In this document: positions 17,330 to 27,231 of the stretch, piece by piece
Position numbering within the stretch: position 1 is the stretch's first letter
Layout of the letters: each line of letters opens with the position of its first letter
Assembly: GCA_050181195.1 (NCBI GenBank)
Contig: JBFXDK010000005.1
Span: 629-64,628 of the forward strand
Source: Acetobacteraceae bacterium
GTDB lineage: Bacteria > Pseudomonadota > Alphaproteobacteria > Acetobacterales > Acetobacteraceae
DNA length: 64,000 nt
Direction: 5' to 3'
Made by a program: the position numbers and the translations under genes
The notes under the pieces: model-generated
The model's input: only the letters and a program-made list of their open reading frames with translations
Databases searched by the model: none
Told to the model about the DNA's origin: nothing

Positions 17330-18418
17330 TCACGAACCCAAATATTTTGTCAGTGACAGACCGTTCAGGCCGACGATCAACTGGTAGGAGGCCTGGATCT
17401 GGGTCTGCACGAACGACAGGTTCGAGAGCGTTTCCGCCATATCGACATTCTCCGCCCGGTCGAGCTGGTCGGAGAGCGCGATTTCGGTCTGGCCGAGCCG
17501 GGAACGGATGTCCTGCAGGGCGGCCCGCCGGTCGCCGATGACACCCGTCTCGTTCGCCATTGTACTGATGGCACCGGTGAGGCTGATTCGCGTGTCCTGC
17601 ACCAGGTCGGCAAAGCCCGCGACATCCACCTGGGCGCTGCTGAGCGAGCCGATGGTCGCGAGCGCCCGCATGAGGTCGCGCATATAGGAACCGGTGGTCG
17701 AGGCGCCGTCGGACGGTACCGCGACATTGGCGCTGGCCAGCATTCCGGTCGCGACCGTCTGGTCCGGTCCGACCTGCACCACCGGCGTGCCGAGGTTCGC
17801 CGCAGCCTGCGAAAGGTAGCTGGAGAACGGCGATGTGCCGGATGCGTTGGACTGCCCGATTGCCAGCGTGGCCGCGGCAGTTGCCGTGGCACCGTTCGCG
17901 GCAAGTCCGGCGACGGCGGCGGCGATCTGCGTGAAGAAGCCGGATCCGGTGATGGCATCCGCATCCGGCACCGGCGGATTGGCGGTATCCCGTCCGGCGA
18001 AGACATAGACCCCGCCAGCCTGGCTGTTCAGCAGGTTGGCGACCTCGGCCAGGGCGGATCGCGCGTTTTCGGCCGTGGCATCGACGGTCTGCGCGCTCAG
18101 CCCGTTCAGGCTGTTCAGTTGCGCGAGGAACCTGCCTGCGATGCCCTGGATCGCCGTCATCGCGCTGTCGGCCACTTCCATCCGCATGTCGGTGGCGTCG
18201 ATGTTCGCCTGCCAGGTCTTCAGGCTGGCGACCTCGGGACGCAACGATAGGGATGTCGCCGCGCCGCTGCCCAGTCCGGCGTAGGTTTCGGCAATGCGCC
18301 CGGTGCTCGCCTGGGTGTTCAGACGCTCGAACCGTTCTCGCGCGGCGGCATTGTCGGCGACCAGCCGGGTCAACTGGCCGAAACCGGCATGGGCGTAGGT
18401 GCCGTTGATCGTGCTCAT
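17330..18418 (-). CDS. flgL: Flagellar hook-associated protein 3
   Basis: QASTGRIAETYAGLG, LLNSQAGGVYVFAG and ENVDMAETLSNL..QTQIQASYQ motifs. Follows flgK. Confidence 0.88.
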   Translation of the reverse strand: MSTINGTYAHAGFGQLTRLVADNAAARERFERLNTQASTGRIAETYAGLGSGAATSLSLRPEVASLKTWQANIDATDMRMEVADSAMTAIQGIAGRFLAQLNSLNGLSAQTVDATAENARSALAEVANLLNSQAGGVYVFAGRDTANPPVPDADAITGSGFFTQIAAAVAGLAANGATATAAATLAIGQSNASGTSPFSSYLSQAAANLGTPVVQVGPDQTVATGMLASANVAVPSDGASTTGSYMRDLMRALATIGSLSSAQVDVAGFADLVQDTRISLTGAISTMANETGVIGDRRAALQDIRSRLGQTEIALSDQLDRAENVDMAETLSNLSFVQTQIQASYQLIVGLNGLSLTKYLGS

Positions 18419-18425
18419 GGCGGGC

Positions 18426-19952
18426 CTAGCGGACGGAGTTCATGAGTTCGGTGAACAGGCCCTGGACCACCGTCATGACGCGCGCATTCGCGCTGTAGGC
18501 GGTCTGCAGGGACAGCATCAGCGACATCTCGGCATCGATGTCGACGCCGCTGCCCGCTTCCAGGCGGCTGGACAGGCTTGCGTGCAGGGCTTGGCGGGTT
18601 TCGAGCTCGGCCGCGGCGCCGGCGCTTTCGCTGGCCTGCGCCGTGGCGACCGCGCTGGCAAGGCCCAGCAGCGTCGCCGGCGCGGCGTAGGGCGCCGAGA
18701 GGCCGCCGGTCGGGCCGAGGCCGGTGGTCGCGCTGGCCGGTTGCGCCACGCCCGAGCGGATGTCCGTGCCCAGGGCATAGGTCAGCACCCGGTCGATCAG
18801 CGTGGTGAAGCCGGCGGGTCCACCCGAGGGGTTGGGCGTGAAGCCGCTGGCGCCGGCGGGGTTGTCCGTCACCGCATCCGTGCCGTCGCGCACCAGCCGA
18901 GCATCGGCCTGCACCGACGGATTGACGCCGATGGTACCCGCGAAGCCGATATAGCCGGACTGGGCGGGCGTGCCGGAGCCTGCGGGCACGGTGCCGTCCG
19001 GGCCGGTGAACAGAGTCAGGCCCTGGGCGGAGAACCGCGTCGCCAGCGTATAGGCAAATTCGTCGAGTTCGGCCTGGAAGGTGGGCAGCGTGCGGTCGCG
19101 CAACGCGAGGTCGGCACCGATCCGCCCTCCCAGCATCTGCGTGGTGACATCATGTCCGCCGATCATGATCCCGGGCACGCCGCCACCGGGGTGGAACATG
19201 TCGGGCTGGAGATTGGCTCCGGCCAGGCTGATCCCGTCGGCGCCGCGGCGGGTCGGCAGTGACAGGCCCGCGGTGGTGACCACCAGCATGTCGCCGCTGG
19301 TCTGCACCAGCGCCTTGGCGCTGACCAGGTCGCAGACCGTGTGCAGGGCCGCGTCGCGCTGGTTTTCGAGATCGGAGGTGCTGTTGCCGCCCGCCTTCAG
19401 CGCGATGATGCGGTTGCTGAGCGCGCCGATCGTGTCCAGCGCCTGGTTCAGCGTGGCGAGCGAGGCGATGATGTCGTCATGCGCGGCTTGGCGCTGCTGC
19501 GCATAGGCGTCGCTGAGCCGGTTCAGGCTTTGCGTAAGCGTGCCGGCCGAGGCGACGACGCGGGCCTGCTGCGCCTGATTTTCCGGGCCGCCCAGCAACG
19601 CCGAGAACTGGTTCCCGAGGTCTCCGACCAGGCTGGGCAAATCGTCGCCCTGTCCCGGCGTGCCCAGGGCGGCGTCGATCGATCGCAGCGCCGAGGCGGT
19701 GGTGCCGAGCTCGGCGACGGTGGCGCCGGTCTGCAGCACCTGCGCCTGCAGCGCCGTGTCGATCGACCGCCGGGTCGCGCCGGAGATCACGCCCAGCGCC
19801 ATCCCGTCCGCCGTCACGCTCGACTGGGTCGCCCGTTCGGCGGCATAGTCCGGCGTGCTCGCGTTGGCGATGTTCTGCGACACGATCGCCATCTGGCGAT
19901 TGATGATCGCAAGGCCGCCGGTAGCGATGCTCTGGGCGCCGTCGAGGCTCAC
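18426..19952 (-). CDS. flgK: Flagellar hook-associated protein 1
   Basis: VSQNIANASTPDY, DLENQRD and GVDIDAEM...YSANARVM motifs. GTG start. Confidence 0.9.
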   Translation of the reverse strand: MSLDGAQSIATGGLAIINRQMAIVSQNIANASTPDYAAERATQSSVTADGMALGVISGATRRSIDTALQAQVLQTGATVAELGTTASALRSIDAALGTPGQGDDLPSLVGDLGNQFSALLGGPENQAQQARVVASAGTLTQSLNRLSDAYAQQRQAAHDDIIASLATLNQALDTIGALSNRIIALKAGGNSTSDLENQRDAALHTVCDLVSAKALVQTSGDMLVVTTAGLSLPTRRGADGISLAGANLQPDMFHPGGGVPGIMIGGHDVTTQMLGGRIGADLALRDRTLPTFQAELDEFAYTLATRFSAQGLTLFTGPDGTVPAGSGTPAQSGYIGFAGTIGVNPSVQADARLVRDGTDAVTDNPAGASGFTPNPSGGPAGFTTLIDRVLTYALGTDIRSGVAQPASATTGLGPTGGLSAPYAAPATLLGLASAVATAQASESAGAAAELETRQALHASLSSRLEAGSGVDIDAEMSLMLSLQTAYSANARVMTVVQGLFTELMNSVR

Positions 19953-19975
19953 GGGTCAGCTCCTGCAGGTCCGGC

Positions 19976-21295
19976 CTACCGCTTCATGTCGATGGTCTGC
20001 TGCAGCAACTCGTCGGACGTGGTCACGACTCTTGTGTTGGCAGAATAGGCCCGCTGCGCGACGATCAGCTTGGAGAATTCGGCGGCGATGTCGACATTCG
20101 ATCCCTCGACCGAACTGGTGACGAGCGCACCGGCGCCGTTGGTGCCGGCGGGATTGGCGAGCGGCGTGCCCGATTCCAGGGTGGCCGTGAAGGCTTGGCC
20201 GTTCTGGCGCTGCAATGCATCGGCGTTGTTGAAGGTAATCAGCGGCACCTGCGCGATGGTGCGGGTCTGGCCGTTGTCGTAGTTCACCACGATGTTGCCG
20301 TTGGACTGGGTTGTAACGCCCGAGAAACTCCCAGGCGGCACGCCGTTCTGCGTCAGGCCGCGCAGGTTGTAGGTCGTGCCGGCGTATTGCGTCACGCCAC
20401 CGGTCTGGCCGTAGGTGCCCAGGTTCAGCGTGATCGTCTGCGTTTCGGCACCGAACTGCGCGTCGAACGACAGCACGGCGGCGGCATCCGCGGTATAGCC
20501 GTCTGTCACGACAGTGCCCAGCGGGTTGGTGATGCTGCCGATCGTGCCTTCCGGCACATCGTTGCCGCTGTCGGCGCCGAAGGTGATGGTGGCCGATCCC
20601 AGGTCGGTGGTCGTGGCATCGGCGGCCGAGATCGACACCGTCCAGACATTGGATGCGGTCTGCACCCAGTTCAGCGCGATGGAATGGATCGTGCCAAGGG
20701 AGTCGTAGACATCGATGTTGGAGGTGATCGGCGACGTGGCCGTGGCCGTATCGGTCGCCGGCGTGGCCGGGAGGTTGGCGGAGAGCATCACCTCGGTGGT
20801 CGCCACCGGGTTGAACACGGTCTGCGAGACCTGAATCGGTTCGAGACTGTTCTGGTTCGCGTCGTTGGTGGACGGATCGACCTCCCACCCGCAGAGATAG
20901 AGGCCGGCGCTGTTGACCAGATAGCCGGTCTTGTTGAGCTGGAAGTCCCCGGCCCGCGAGTAGAACTGCTGCGGATTGAAGGTCGGCAGGCCGTTCAGCT
21001 GTCCGACCTGCTGCGAGACCGCGAAGAACCCCTGGCCGGCGATGGCCAGCCCCAGCGGATTGTCGGTCTGGGTGATCGTGCCCTGGACGTTGTGGGCGTA
21101 GTCCGGGCGGGCGACCACAGCGCCGGGTTCGTTGGCGTTGAGGCTGCTGGTCGTCAGGTAGGAAATGAACGTCGTGTCGACACGCTTGAATCCGGCGGTC
21201 TGGCTGTTGGCGACGTTGTCGCTGATATTGCCGAGTGCGTGCGACTGGGCCCCGAGCCCGCTGATCGCACTGTTCATCGCCCCGAATAAAGACAT
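19976..21295 (-). CDS. flgE: Flagellar hook protein
   Basis: MSLFGAMNSAISGL..ISDNVANSQTAGFK, YSRAGDF and EGSNVDIAAEFSKLIVAQRAYSAN motifs. Start at ATG 21295; the ORF-track extension to 21688 was rejected. Confidence 0.93.
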   Translation of the reverse strand: MSLFGAMNSAISGLGAQSHALGNISDNVANSQTAGFKRVDTTFISYLTTSSLNANEPGAVVARPDYAHNVQGTITQTDNPLGLAIAGQGFFAVSQQVGQLNGLPTFNPQQFYSRAGDFQLNKTGYLVNSAGLYLCGWEVDPSTNDANQNSLEPIQVSQTVFNPVATTEVMLSANLPATPATDTATATSPITSNIDVYDSLGTIHSIALNWVQTASNVWTVSISAADATTTDLGSATITFGADSGNDVPEGTIGSITNPLGTVVTDGYTADAAAVLSFDAQFGAETQTITLNLGTYGQTGGVTQYAGTTYNLRGLTQNGVPPGSFSGVTTQSNGNIVVNYDNGQTRTIAQVPLITFNNADALQRQNGQAFTATLESGTPLANPAGTNGAGALVTSSVEGSNVDIAAEFSKLIVAQRAYSANTRVVTTSDELLQQTIDMKR

Positions 21296-21390
21296 CACAC
21301 GTTCCCTTGCGCTGGCGGCATCGGTTCCGCCGCCGTCCCGGTCGGCTCGCGGCCGCCCTCTATGGCCGCGCCTCCGCACGGCCGGGGTGT

Positions 21391-21407
21391 CGCAGGAACC
21401 GTGCCAA
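21391..21407 (-). promoter_or_regulatory. Sigma54 (-24/-12) promoter of the flgE operon
   Basis: Reverse strand TTGGCACG-GTTC-CTGCG with GG-N10-GC spacing, about 95 bp upstream of flgE. Confidence 0.75.
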
Positions 21408-21467
21408 CCGGCGGTGGCGGATTTCCGCGGATTGGCGCCATGCTGCGATGATCCGTGGCGACCCGAC

Positions 21468-21496
21468 CGGCAGGAAATGACCGGCAGAAACTGCCG
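21468..21496. promoter_or_regulatory. Tandem ftr-like (FlbD-type) enhancer elements
   Basis: CGGCAG-AAA-CTGCCG (perfect dyad, 21482-21496) and an overlapping degenerate copy CGGCAGGAAATGACCG (21468-21483), lying between two divergent sigma54 promoters. Resembles Caulobacter ftr elements. Confidence 0.65.
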
Positions 21497-21623
21497 AGCT
21501 GGTTGGTGCAACAGGCGCAACGGGACGCACGATGCGCATGGCGGGTCGGACGGGGCGTGCTGTCGCGGTGCGTTACGGGGCGCGGGAGGCGCGGCCGTCT
21601 GACGGGTTGCAGGCCGTTGACCC

Positions 21624-21752
21624 GCGCGTCGTGCAAGGTCTGCTCGCGGTTGGGCTGCGAGTTTTGCGGGGTTTTCCGCAGTCGGCAAGCGGGTTTCGGA
21701 AGGGCTTGCGCGGAGTCCGCAAGCGCGTCGTGCAAGGTCTGCGCGCGGTTGG
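21624..21752 (+). repeat. 30-bp direct repeat (2 copies, 99-bp period) in the fliK promoter region
   Basis: GCGCGTCGTGCAAGGTCTGC(T/G)CGCGGTTGG at 21624-21653 and 21723-21752, with one mismatch. Confidence 0.85.
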
Positions 21753-21765
21753 CCCGCGACTTGCT
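21749..21765 (+). promoter_or_regulatory. Sigma54 (-24/-12) promoter of fliK-flgD
   Basis: TTGGCCCG-CGAC-TTGCT with GG-N10-GC spacing, about 38 bp upstream of the ATG, which has an AGGAG RBS. Confidence 0.75.
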
Positions 21766-21802
21766 ACGCGACCTGCTGAAGGCCAGCAGCAGGAGATCGG
21801 TC

Positions 21803-23578
21803 ATGCAACAGCTTCCCGTCGCCGCACCGAACGTGCTTGGCCTGGCGGTCGCCCTGAATTCCGGTTCACGCCCGCCTGCGGCGGCGGACTCGCCATGTTT
21901 CGCGGATGAGCTGCAGCGCGCAGGACAGGCTTCCGCGGGGGGAGAGGCACCGGCGGTCGCGGGGGCGCCAGCCCGGATGTCGCGCGGGTTGCCGGGGTCC
22001 TTGTCCGCCCCGGGCGCGGACACGGGTCCGGGGCAGGCCGCACCGATGCCGGGGACAGCGCCGCCCGACGGATCATCGCTTGCGCTCTTCGGAAGGGTGG
22101 GCATGCCTGTCTCTCCACTGCGCTCGGGGATCGCCATATCCGGCGCTGTTCCGGATGAGGCGGGCGCGCCGGACGGTCCGGGGGCATCGCCAGACGAGCT
22201 GCCGGGGCTAGACGCGGCGGGCGCGGATCCTGGCACGCGGGCGGCGGGACCGATGCCGGAGGCGGAGCAGATGCCGCCCGGGCCGGGCGCCCTTCCCGCG
22301 GCACAGGCCAGGCAGGCGCGCACCCAGGCGGATGTGCTGGCACGTCGTGCGGACGGAACGCCTGACGCCGGACAGGACCCGGTTGGGCCCATGGGCCAGG
22401 CAGGCATGATGATCGCTGTCATCCCGGACGCCGCCGCCACGGGGCCGCTTCTGCTTGCCAGCGCGAGCGAGGACGGGCCGCCTGCGTCCGGGGATGACGC
22501 GACCGGCACGGACGCGCCGCCGCCGATCGCGGCCCCGGTGCTGCAACCCGGGCTGCCGCCCGCGCCCGGGCTGCTGGCGGCGTCCGCCGGCCAGGGCGCC
22601 GGATCACGATCGTCCGTCGTCCTGGGCGCCGGATCGCCCGGGGCGCGCGCGACGGACAGGGCGGGTGCCGAAGTGGGGCTGGACGCAGGGTCAGCCATGA
22701 CGCCTGCCTCCGCCGCGGCCTTCGCGTTGGCAGGCGAGCCGCGGGCCGGCCACGTCGCCGATACGGTGCGGCCGACGAACGCGGCGTCGCCATCGCCGTT
22801 TTCCCCGGCGGACAGCCTAGGCGCACAACCCGCCCCTGATCAGCCCGCGTATCCCCCTGTCGCGCCGGCCGAAGCCGCCAGGTCGGCCGTTACGCCACCG
22901 GTATCGCCCGCCGCCGAACGGGATGGCGCGCACGCCGCCGCTCCGGCGCGGACGGAAGGCGGGCCGCCTGCTGGACCCGAAGCGCCGGTCCCGTCCACCA
23001 CGACCGGCATGCTTCTCGCGCCGGCCGATGCGCGACTGCCCCGCGACGGTATTGCCCCCCCGGCAGGTGCCGAGGCGCCGCTCCGCGCACCCGCCGCACC
23101 GGCGGATCAGGTGGCGCCGGCGATCATCTCGCTCGCCCGGGGAGCGGATGGCAGCAATCGCATGACCCTGCGGCTGGACCCGGCGGATCTTGGCCATGTG
23201 CAAATCCGCATCGAGCGGCCGGCCGACGCGCCCGCCAGCGTCGAGATCACGGTGGACCGCCCGGAAACCCTGACCTTGCTGCTGCGCGACCAGACGCGGC
23301 TGGAGCACACGCTGACCCAGGCGGGACTGCCGCCCGAAGGTCGCAGCGTCAGCCTGCAGCTTGCCCCGCCGCAGGCCTCGGCCGACACCGCCGGTTCATC
23401 CGCCGGGCATGGCTGGAGCCAGGGGGCAGGGCAGTTCGCTCAGGACGGCCACGGCTCCTCGGACGCCGGCCGGGGACGTGGGCGGGACGGATCGCCAGGC
23501 GGGCCGGCAGCGGGCGAGACGGACAACATCGGCGATGCGAGGCACTGGCTGCGCGCCGGCCTCGACATCACGGCCTGA
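21803..23578 (+). CDS. fliK: Flagellar hook-length control protein
   Basis: Long Pro/Ala-rich low-complexity N-region, then the T3S4 domain (MTLRLDPADLGHVQIRI, RPETLTLLLRDQTRLEHTLTQAGL) and terminal GLDITA. Directly upstream of flgD. Confidence 0.88.
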   Translation: MQQLPVAAPNVLGLAVALNSGSRPPAAADSPCFADELQRAGQASAGGEAPAVAGAPARMSRGLPGSLSAPGADTGPGQAAPMPGTAPPDGSSLALFGRVGMPVSPLRSGIAISGAVPDEAGAPDGPGASPDELPGLDAAGADPGTRAAGPMPEAEQMPPGPGALPAAQARQARTQADVLARRADGTPDAGQDPVGPMGQAGMMIAVIPDAAATGPLLLASASEDGPPASGDDATGTDAPPPIAAPVLQPGLPPAPGLLAASAGQGAGSRSSVVLGAGSPGARATDRAGAEVGLDAGSAMTPASAAAFALAGEPRAGHVADTVRPTNAASPSPFSPADSLGAQPAPDQPAYPPVAPAEAARSAVTPPVSPAAERDGAHAAAPARTEGGPPAGPEAPVPSTTTGMLLAPADARLPRDGIAPPAGAEAPLRAPAAPADQVAPAIISLARGADGSNRMTLRLDPADLGHVQIRIERPADAPASVEITVDRPETLTLLLRDQTRLEHTLTQAGLPPEGRSVSLQLAPPQASADTAGSSAGHGWSQGAGQFAQDGHGSSDAGRGRGRDGSPGGPAAGETDNIGDARHWLRAGLDITA

Positions 23579-23594
23579 CCAGAGGAAATCACGC

Positions 23595-24278
23595 ATGAGC
23601 ATCGCATCCGTCGCCGCCCAGCAGGGTGTGACCGCCACCAGCGCCGCCACGGCGGGCGCATCGCAGACCGGCGCTTCCGCGCTCGATTCGCTGACGTCGA
23701 ACTTCAACAACTTCCTGACGATGCTGATGACGCAGTTGAAGAACCAGGACCCGACGAGTCCGCTGGATACCAATCAGTTCACCTCGGAACTGGTGCAGTT
23801 CTCCAGCGTCGAGCAGCAGATCAAGACGAACACAAGCCTCACGCGGCTGATCGAACTGACGCAGTCCGGCGAGGTGATGCAGGCGTCCTCGATGATCGGC
23901 AAGCAGGTGACGATGGAGGCCGACCACATGCCGCTGCAGAACGGCAAGGGGGAGGTGCAGATCACCGCCGCGTCCTCCGGTCCGGCGCTGGTGACGATCT
24001 ACAGCGACGCCGGCCGCAAGCTGCAGGAAGTGACGCTGTCGCTGCAGAAGGGCGTGAACCGCTGGATCTGGGACGGCAAGGACGCCAGCGGCGCGCAGAT
24101 TCCGGACGGGGCCTACAAGGTCGCTGTCATGGGGATCGGCGCGAATGGCCAGGCGACGGCGCTGCCGTTCGCCGTGGTCGGCACCGCGACCGGCGTCGAT
24201 GCCGGCAAGGACACGGTGCAGCTTCGGATGGGCGGGATGTCGGTGGATTTCGGCGCGGTTCGCTCGGTTGGCGGATAG
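23595..24278 (+). CDS. flgD: Flagellar hook capping protein
   Basis: FLTMLMTQLKNQDPTSPLDTNQFTSELVQFSSVEQQ and WDGKD..G..PDGAY motifs. Confidence 0.95.
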   Translation: MSIASVAAQQGVTATSAATAGASQTGASALDSLTSNFNNFLTMLMTQLKNQDPTSPLDTNQFTSELVQFSSVEQQIKTNTSLTRLIELTQSGEVMQASSMIGKQVTMEADHMPLQNGKGEVQITAASSGPALVTIYSDAGRKLQEVTLSLQKGVNRWIWDGKDASGAQIPDGAYKVAVMGIGANGQATALPFAVVGTATGVDAGKDTVQLRMGGMSVDFGAVRSVGG

Positions 24279-24356
24279 CATCCAGGTGCATCCGGCCTCC
24301 CGGGAGGGTGTGCCGGAACCATGGATTCCGTCTCGTTTCCGTGCGAAAACCATCCT

Positions 24357-25415
24357 ATGGCGCAAAGATTTTCCCCTCTGTCCCCGCCACCGCCCCTTAC
24401 GCGGTCGTTGTCCACCCGCCGGGGCGCGATGCGGCTCGTCGGTGCCGGGCTGGCTGCGCCACTGGTCGCGCGCTTCGCCCACGCGGCGGACATTGCCTGG
24501 CGGATCGGCCATACCGCGCCGGCGTCGTTCCCGGTGCATCGCCGCCTGGTCGAGGCCGCGGAGGCGATCGGGCGCGAGTCAGACGGCCGGATGGCGGTGC
24601 GGGTCTTCCCCGACAGCGAACTTGGCAGCCAGATCGGCCTTCTGGCGCAGATCCGGGCCGGATCGCTGGATGCGTCGCCCATCACGGGCCAGGTGCTGGC
24701 CGGGGCGCAGGCCGCCGCCGCCCTGCCGATGGTGGGATTTGCCTGGAGCGGCTACGAAACGCTGTGGCGGGCGATTGACGGCGAGCTCGGCAAGCTGATC
24801 CGCGACCAGCTCACGCGATCCACACGGTTGATCGCCATGGACCGTTGCTGGGATTTCGGCTTCCGGGTGATTTCCACGCAGGCAAGACCCGTCAGCACGC
24901 CCAAGGATCTGATCGGACTGCGGCTGCGCACGCCGGTCGAGGCCGAGCTCGTGGGTCTGTTCCAGGCGTTGAAGGCGTTGCCGCTGGCGATGCCGCTGGG
25001 GGAAGTGTACCCGGCGCTGCGGCGCCGGCAGGCCGACGGGCAGGAAGGCGTGATGCCGCTGATCTTCGCTGCCCGCCTGTATGAGGTGCAGGATACCTGC
25101 TCGCTGACCAACCATGTCTGGGACGGGCAGTGGATCTGCATCGCGCCCACGTCCTGGAACCGCCTGCCCGACCGGCTGAAGGAGATCGTGGCGCGGGCGC
25201 TGGATGCCGCCGGGCTGCGCCAGCGCGAGGATACCGTGCAGGGCAACCAGGAGGTCCGGGACATCCTGGTCAGGAACCGCATGGCATTCAACACGGTGGA
25301 GCAGGCGCCGTTCCGCGACGTTCTGCGCCAGGCGGGCTATTACCGGGAGTGGCGCCAGCGGTTCGGCGAAAAGACCTGGGATGTGCTGGAGCGCTACGCC
25401 GGCCGGCTGGCCTGA
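24357..25415 (+). CDS. TRAP transporter substrate-binding protein (DctP family), orphan
   Basis: Tat-like leader (TRRGAMRL...AHA), VFPDSELG, DFGFRVI, DLIGLRLRTP, ADGQEG and SLTNHVWD. No dctQM genes adjacent. Confidence 0.88.
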   Translation: MAQRFSPLSPPPPLTRSLSTRRGAMRLVGAGLAAPLVARFAHAADIAWRIGHTAPASFPVHRRLVEAAEAIGRESDGRMAVRVFPDSELGSQIGLLAQIRAGSLDASPITGQVLAGAQAAAALPMVGFAWSGYETLWRAIDGELGKLIRDQLTRSTRLIAMDRCWDFGFRVISTQARPVSTPKDLIGLRLRTPVEAELVGLFQALKALPLAMPLGEVYPALRRRQADGQEGVMPLIFAARLYEVQDTCSLTNHVWDGQWICIAPTSWNRLPDRLKEIVARALDAAGLRQREDTVQGNQEVRDILVRNRMAFNTVEQAPFRDVLRQAGYYREWRQRFGEKTWDVLERYAGRLA

Positions 25416-25430
25416 TCCGGCCGCGCGGGG

Positions 25431-27227
25431 TCAGCGGCGGCCGAACAGTTTCTCGATTTCGAGCTTCGAGAGTTTCAGGAATGTGGGGCGGCCGTGGCTG
25501 CAGGTCGCGGCGCGCGGCGTCGCTTCCATCTGGCGCAGCAGCGAGTCCATCTCGGCCTGTGCCAGGCGCCGCCCGGCGCGGATGCTGCCATGGCAGGCGA
25601 GGCGGGCGATGACGGCATCAAGCCGGGATTCGAGTGCCGTGGTTTCCTCGACCTCGGCCAGCTCGTCGGCGAGGTCGCGTAGCAGCGGCCCGGGTTCGGG
25701 ATTGCCCAGTGCCGCCGGCAGGGCGCGCACCAGGATGGCGCCGGGGCCGAAGGATTCGATTTCCAGCCCCAGGCGCAGCAGGTCGTCGGCGCGGGCGAGC
25801 AGGCGCGCGGCGTCGTTGTGCGGCAGGTCGACGACCGCCGGCAGCAGCAAGGGCTGGGTGCGCACGCCCTCGGCCAGCATCTGCGTGCGGATGGCTTCGT
25901 GCGTCAGGCGCTCATGCGCGGCGTGCTGGTCCACCAGCACCAGCGACCCGTCGGCCGCGACCGCCAAAATGTAGGTGTCCAGCACCTGCGCAACGGCCGC
26001 GCCCAGCGGATGGTCCGCCTGCGGGATGGGGGCGGGCAGGACGCGCGCGGCGGGTGCGGCGGCAAAGGGCAGCTGCGCCTCGCTCAGGCCCGGATGCGGC
26101 GGTGCCGGGGCGGCAGCGGGAAAGCCGGGCAGGGGCAGGGACCGGATGCCCCCGGAAGGCGGGCGGGAATAGGCGAGCCGCAGCGACGGGCGCGTCCCGC
26201 CGATCGCATCGGGCAGAGGCGGGGCGGGCACGCCCGTTCCCGCGCCGCCGGCCAGCGCGCGGGCGAGGCCGCCGATCACCAGTGCGCGTACCGCGTTCGC
26301 ATCGCGGAAGCGCAGTTCGGCCTTGGCGGGGTGGACGTTGACGTCCAGCTCCTCGGGCGGCAGGTCCAGGAACAGCGCCACCATCGGGTAGCGGCCATGC
26401 GCGATCACGTCGCGATAGCCGACGCGCACCGCCGCCTTCAGCACGGGATCGGCGACAGGCCGTCCGTTCACCACCAGGCTCTGGGCGGTGCTGGTGGCGC
26501 GGCTGACGGCGGGCGAGCAGGCATAGCCCGACAGGCGCAGCGCGTCGCGTTCGTGCATCACCGGCAGCATGACCGCGGCGGCCTCGGCTCCCAGCAGGGC
26601 GGCGACGCGTGCAGCGCGATCCTGCGGCGGCAGGTCGAACACCACCCGCCCGTCGATTTCCAGCCGGAACGCGACGCCGGGTGCCGAGAGGGCGAGGCGG
26701 CGGACGGCGCCTTCGGCGTGGTCGGCCTCGGTTCGCGGGTATTTGAGGAATTTTCGTCTGGCCGGCGTGGCGAAGAACAGGTCGCGGACCACGACGCGGG
26801 TGCCCGGCGCGCCGGCGGCCGGCGTCACCGCCCCGACCGCGCCGCCCTCGATGCGGATCGCGCAGGCATGGTCGGCGTCACGTGGACGGGAGGTGAGGGA
26901 AAGACGCGCGGCGGCGCCGATCGAGGGCAATGCCTCGCCGCGGAAGCCCAGCGTGGCGATGCGGACCAGGCTGTCGTCGGACAGCTTGGAGGTGGCGTGG
27001 CGCAGCACGGCGAGGGCCAGTTCCTGCGCATCCATGCCGCAGCCGTCGTCGGTGACCTCGATCCGGTCGATGCCGCCGCCATCGAGGGCGACGCCGATCC
27101 GGGTGGCGCCGGCGTCCAGTGCGTTCTCCACCAACTCCTTCACCGCCGCCGCCGGGCGTTCGATCACCTCGCCGGCGGCGATCCGGTTGACGGTGGTCTC
27201 CGGCAGGACGCGGATGCGGCCGGCCAT
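25431..27227 (-). CDS. mutL: DNA mismatch repair endonuclease MutL
   Basis: NRIAAGEVIERP, KELVENALDAGA, LGFRGEAL, DVNVHPAK, DQHAAHER, ACHGSIR and CSHGRP motifs. Confidence 0.97.
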   Translation of the reverse strand: MAGRIRVLPETTVNRIAAGEVIERPAAAVKELVENALDAGATRIGVALDGGGIDRIEVTDDGCGMDAQELALAVLRHATSKLSDDSLVRIATLGFRGEALPSIGAAARLSLTSRPRDADHACAIRIEGGAVGAVTPAAGAPGTRVVVRDLFFATPARRKFLKYPRTEADHAEGAVRRLALSAPGVAFRLEIDGRVVFDLPPQDRAARVAALLGAEAAAVMLPVMHERDALRLSGYACSPAVSRATSTAQSLVVNGRPVADPVLKAAVRVGYRDVIAHGRYPMVALFLDLPPEELDVNVHPAKAELRFRDANAVRALVIGGLARALAGGAGTGVPAPPLPDAIGGTRPSLRLAYSRPPSGGIRSLPLPGFPAAAPAPPHPGLSEAQLPFAAAPAARVLPAPIPQADHPLGAAVAQVLDTYILAVAADGSLVLVDQHAAHERLTHEAIRTQMLAEGVRTQPLLLPAVVDLPHNDAARLLARADDLLRLGLEIESFGPGAILVRALPAALGNPEPGPLLRDLADELAEVEETTALESRLDAVIARLACHGSIRAGRRLAQAEMDSLLRQMEATPRAATCSHGRPTFLKLSKLEIEKLFGRR

Positions 27228-27231
27228 GCGG

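Noticed and set aside
21296-21802. N-terminal extensions of flgE (to 21688) and fliK (from 21455); likewise track extensions of pgi, mrdA, glgA, ruvC, flbT and flgD
   Set aside because: The extensions cross promoter elements or neighbouring genes. Family-typical N-termini and RBS or -10 signals mark the downstream starts.
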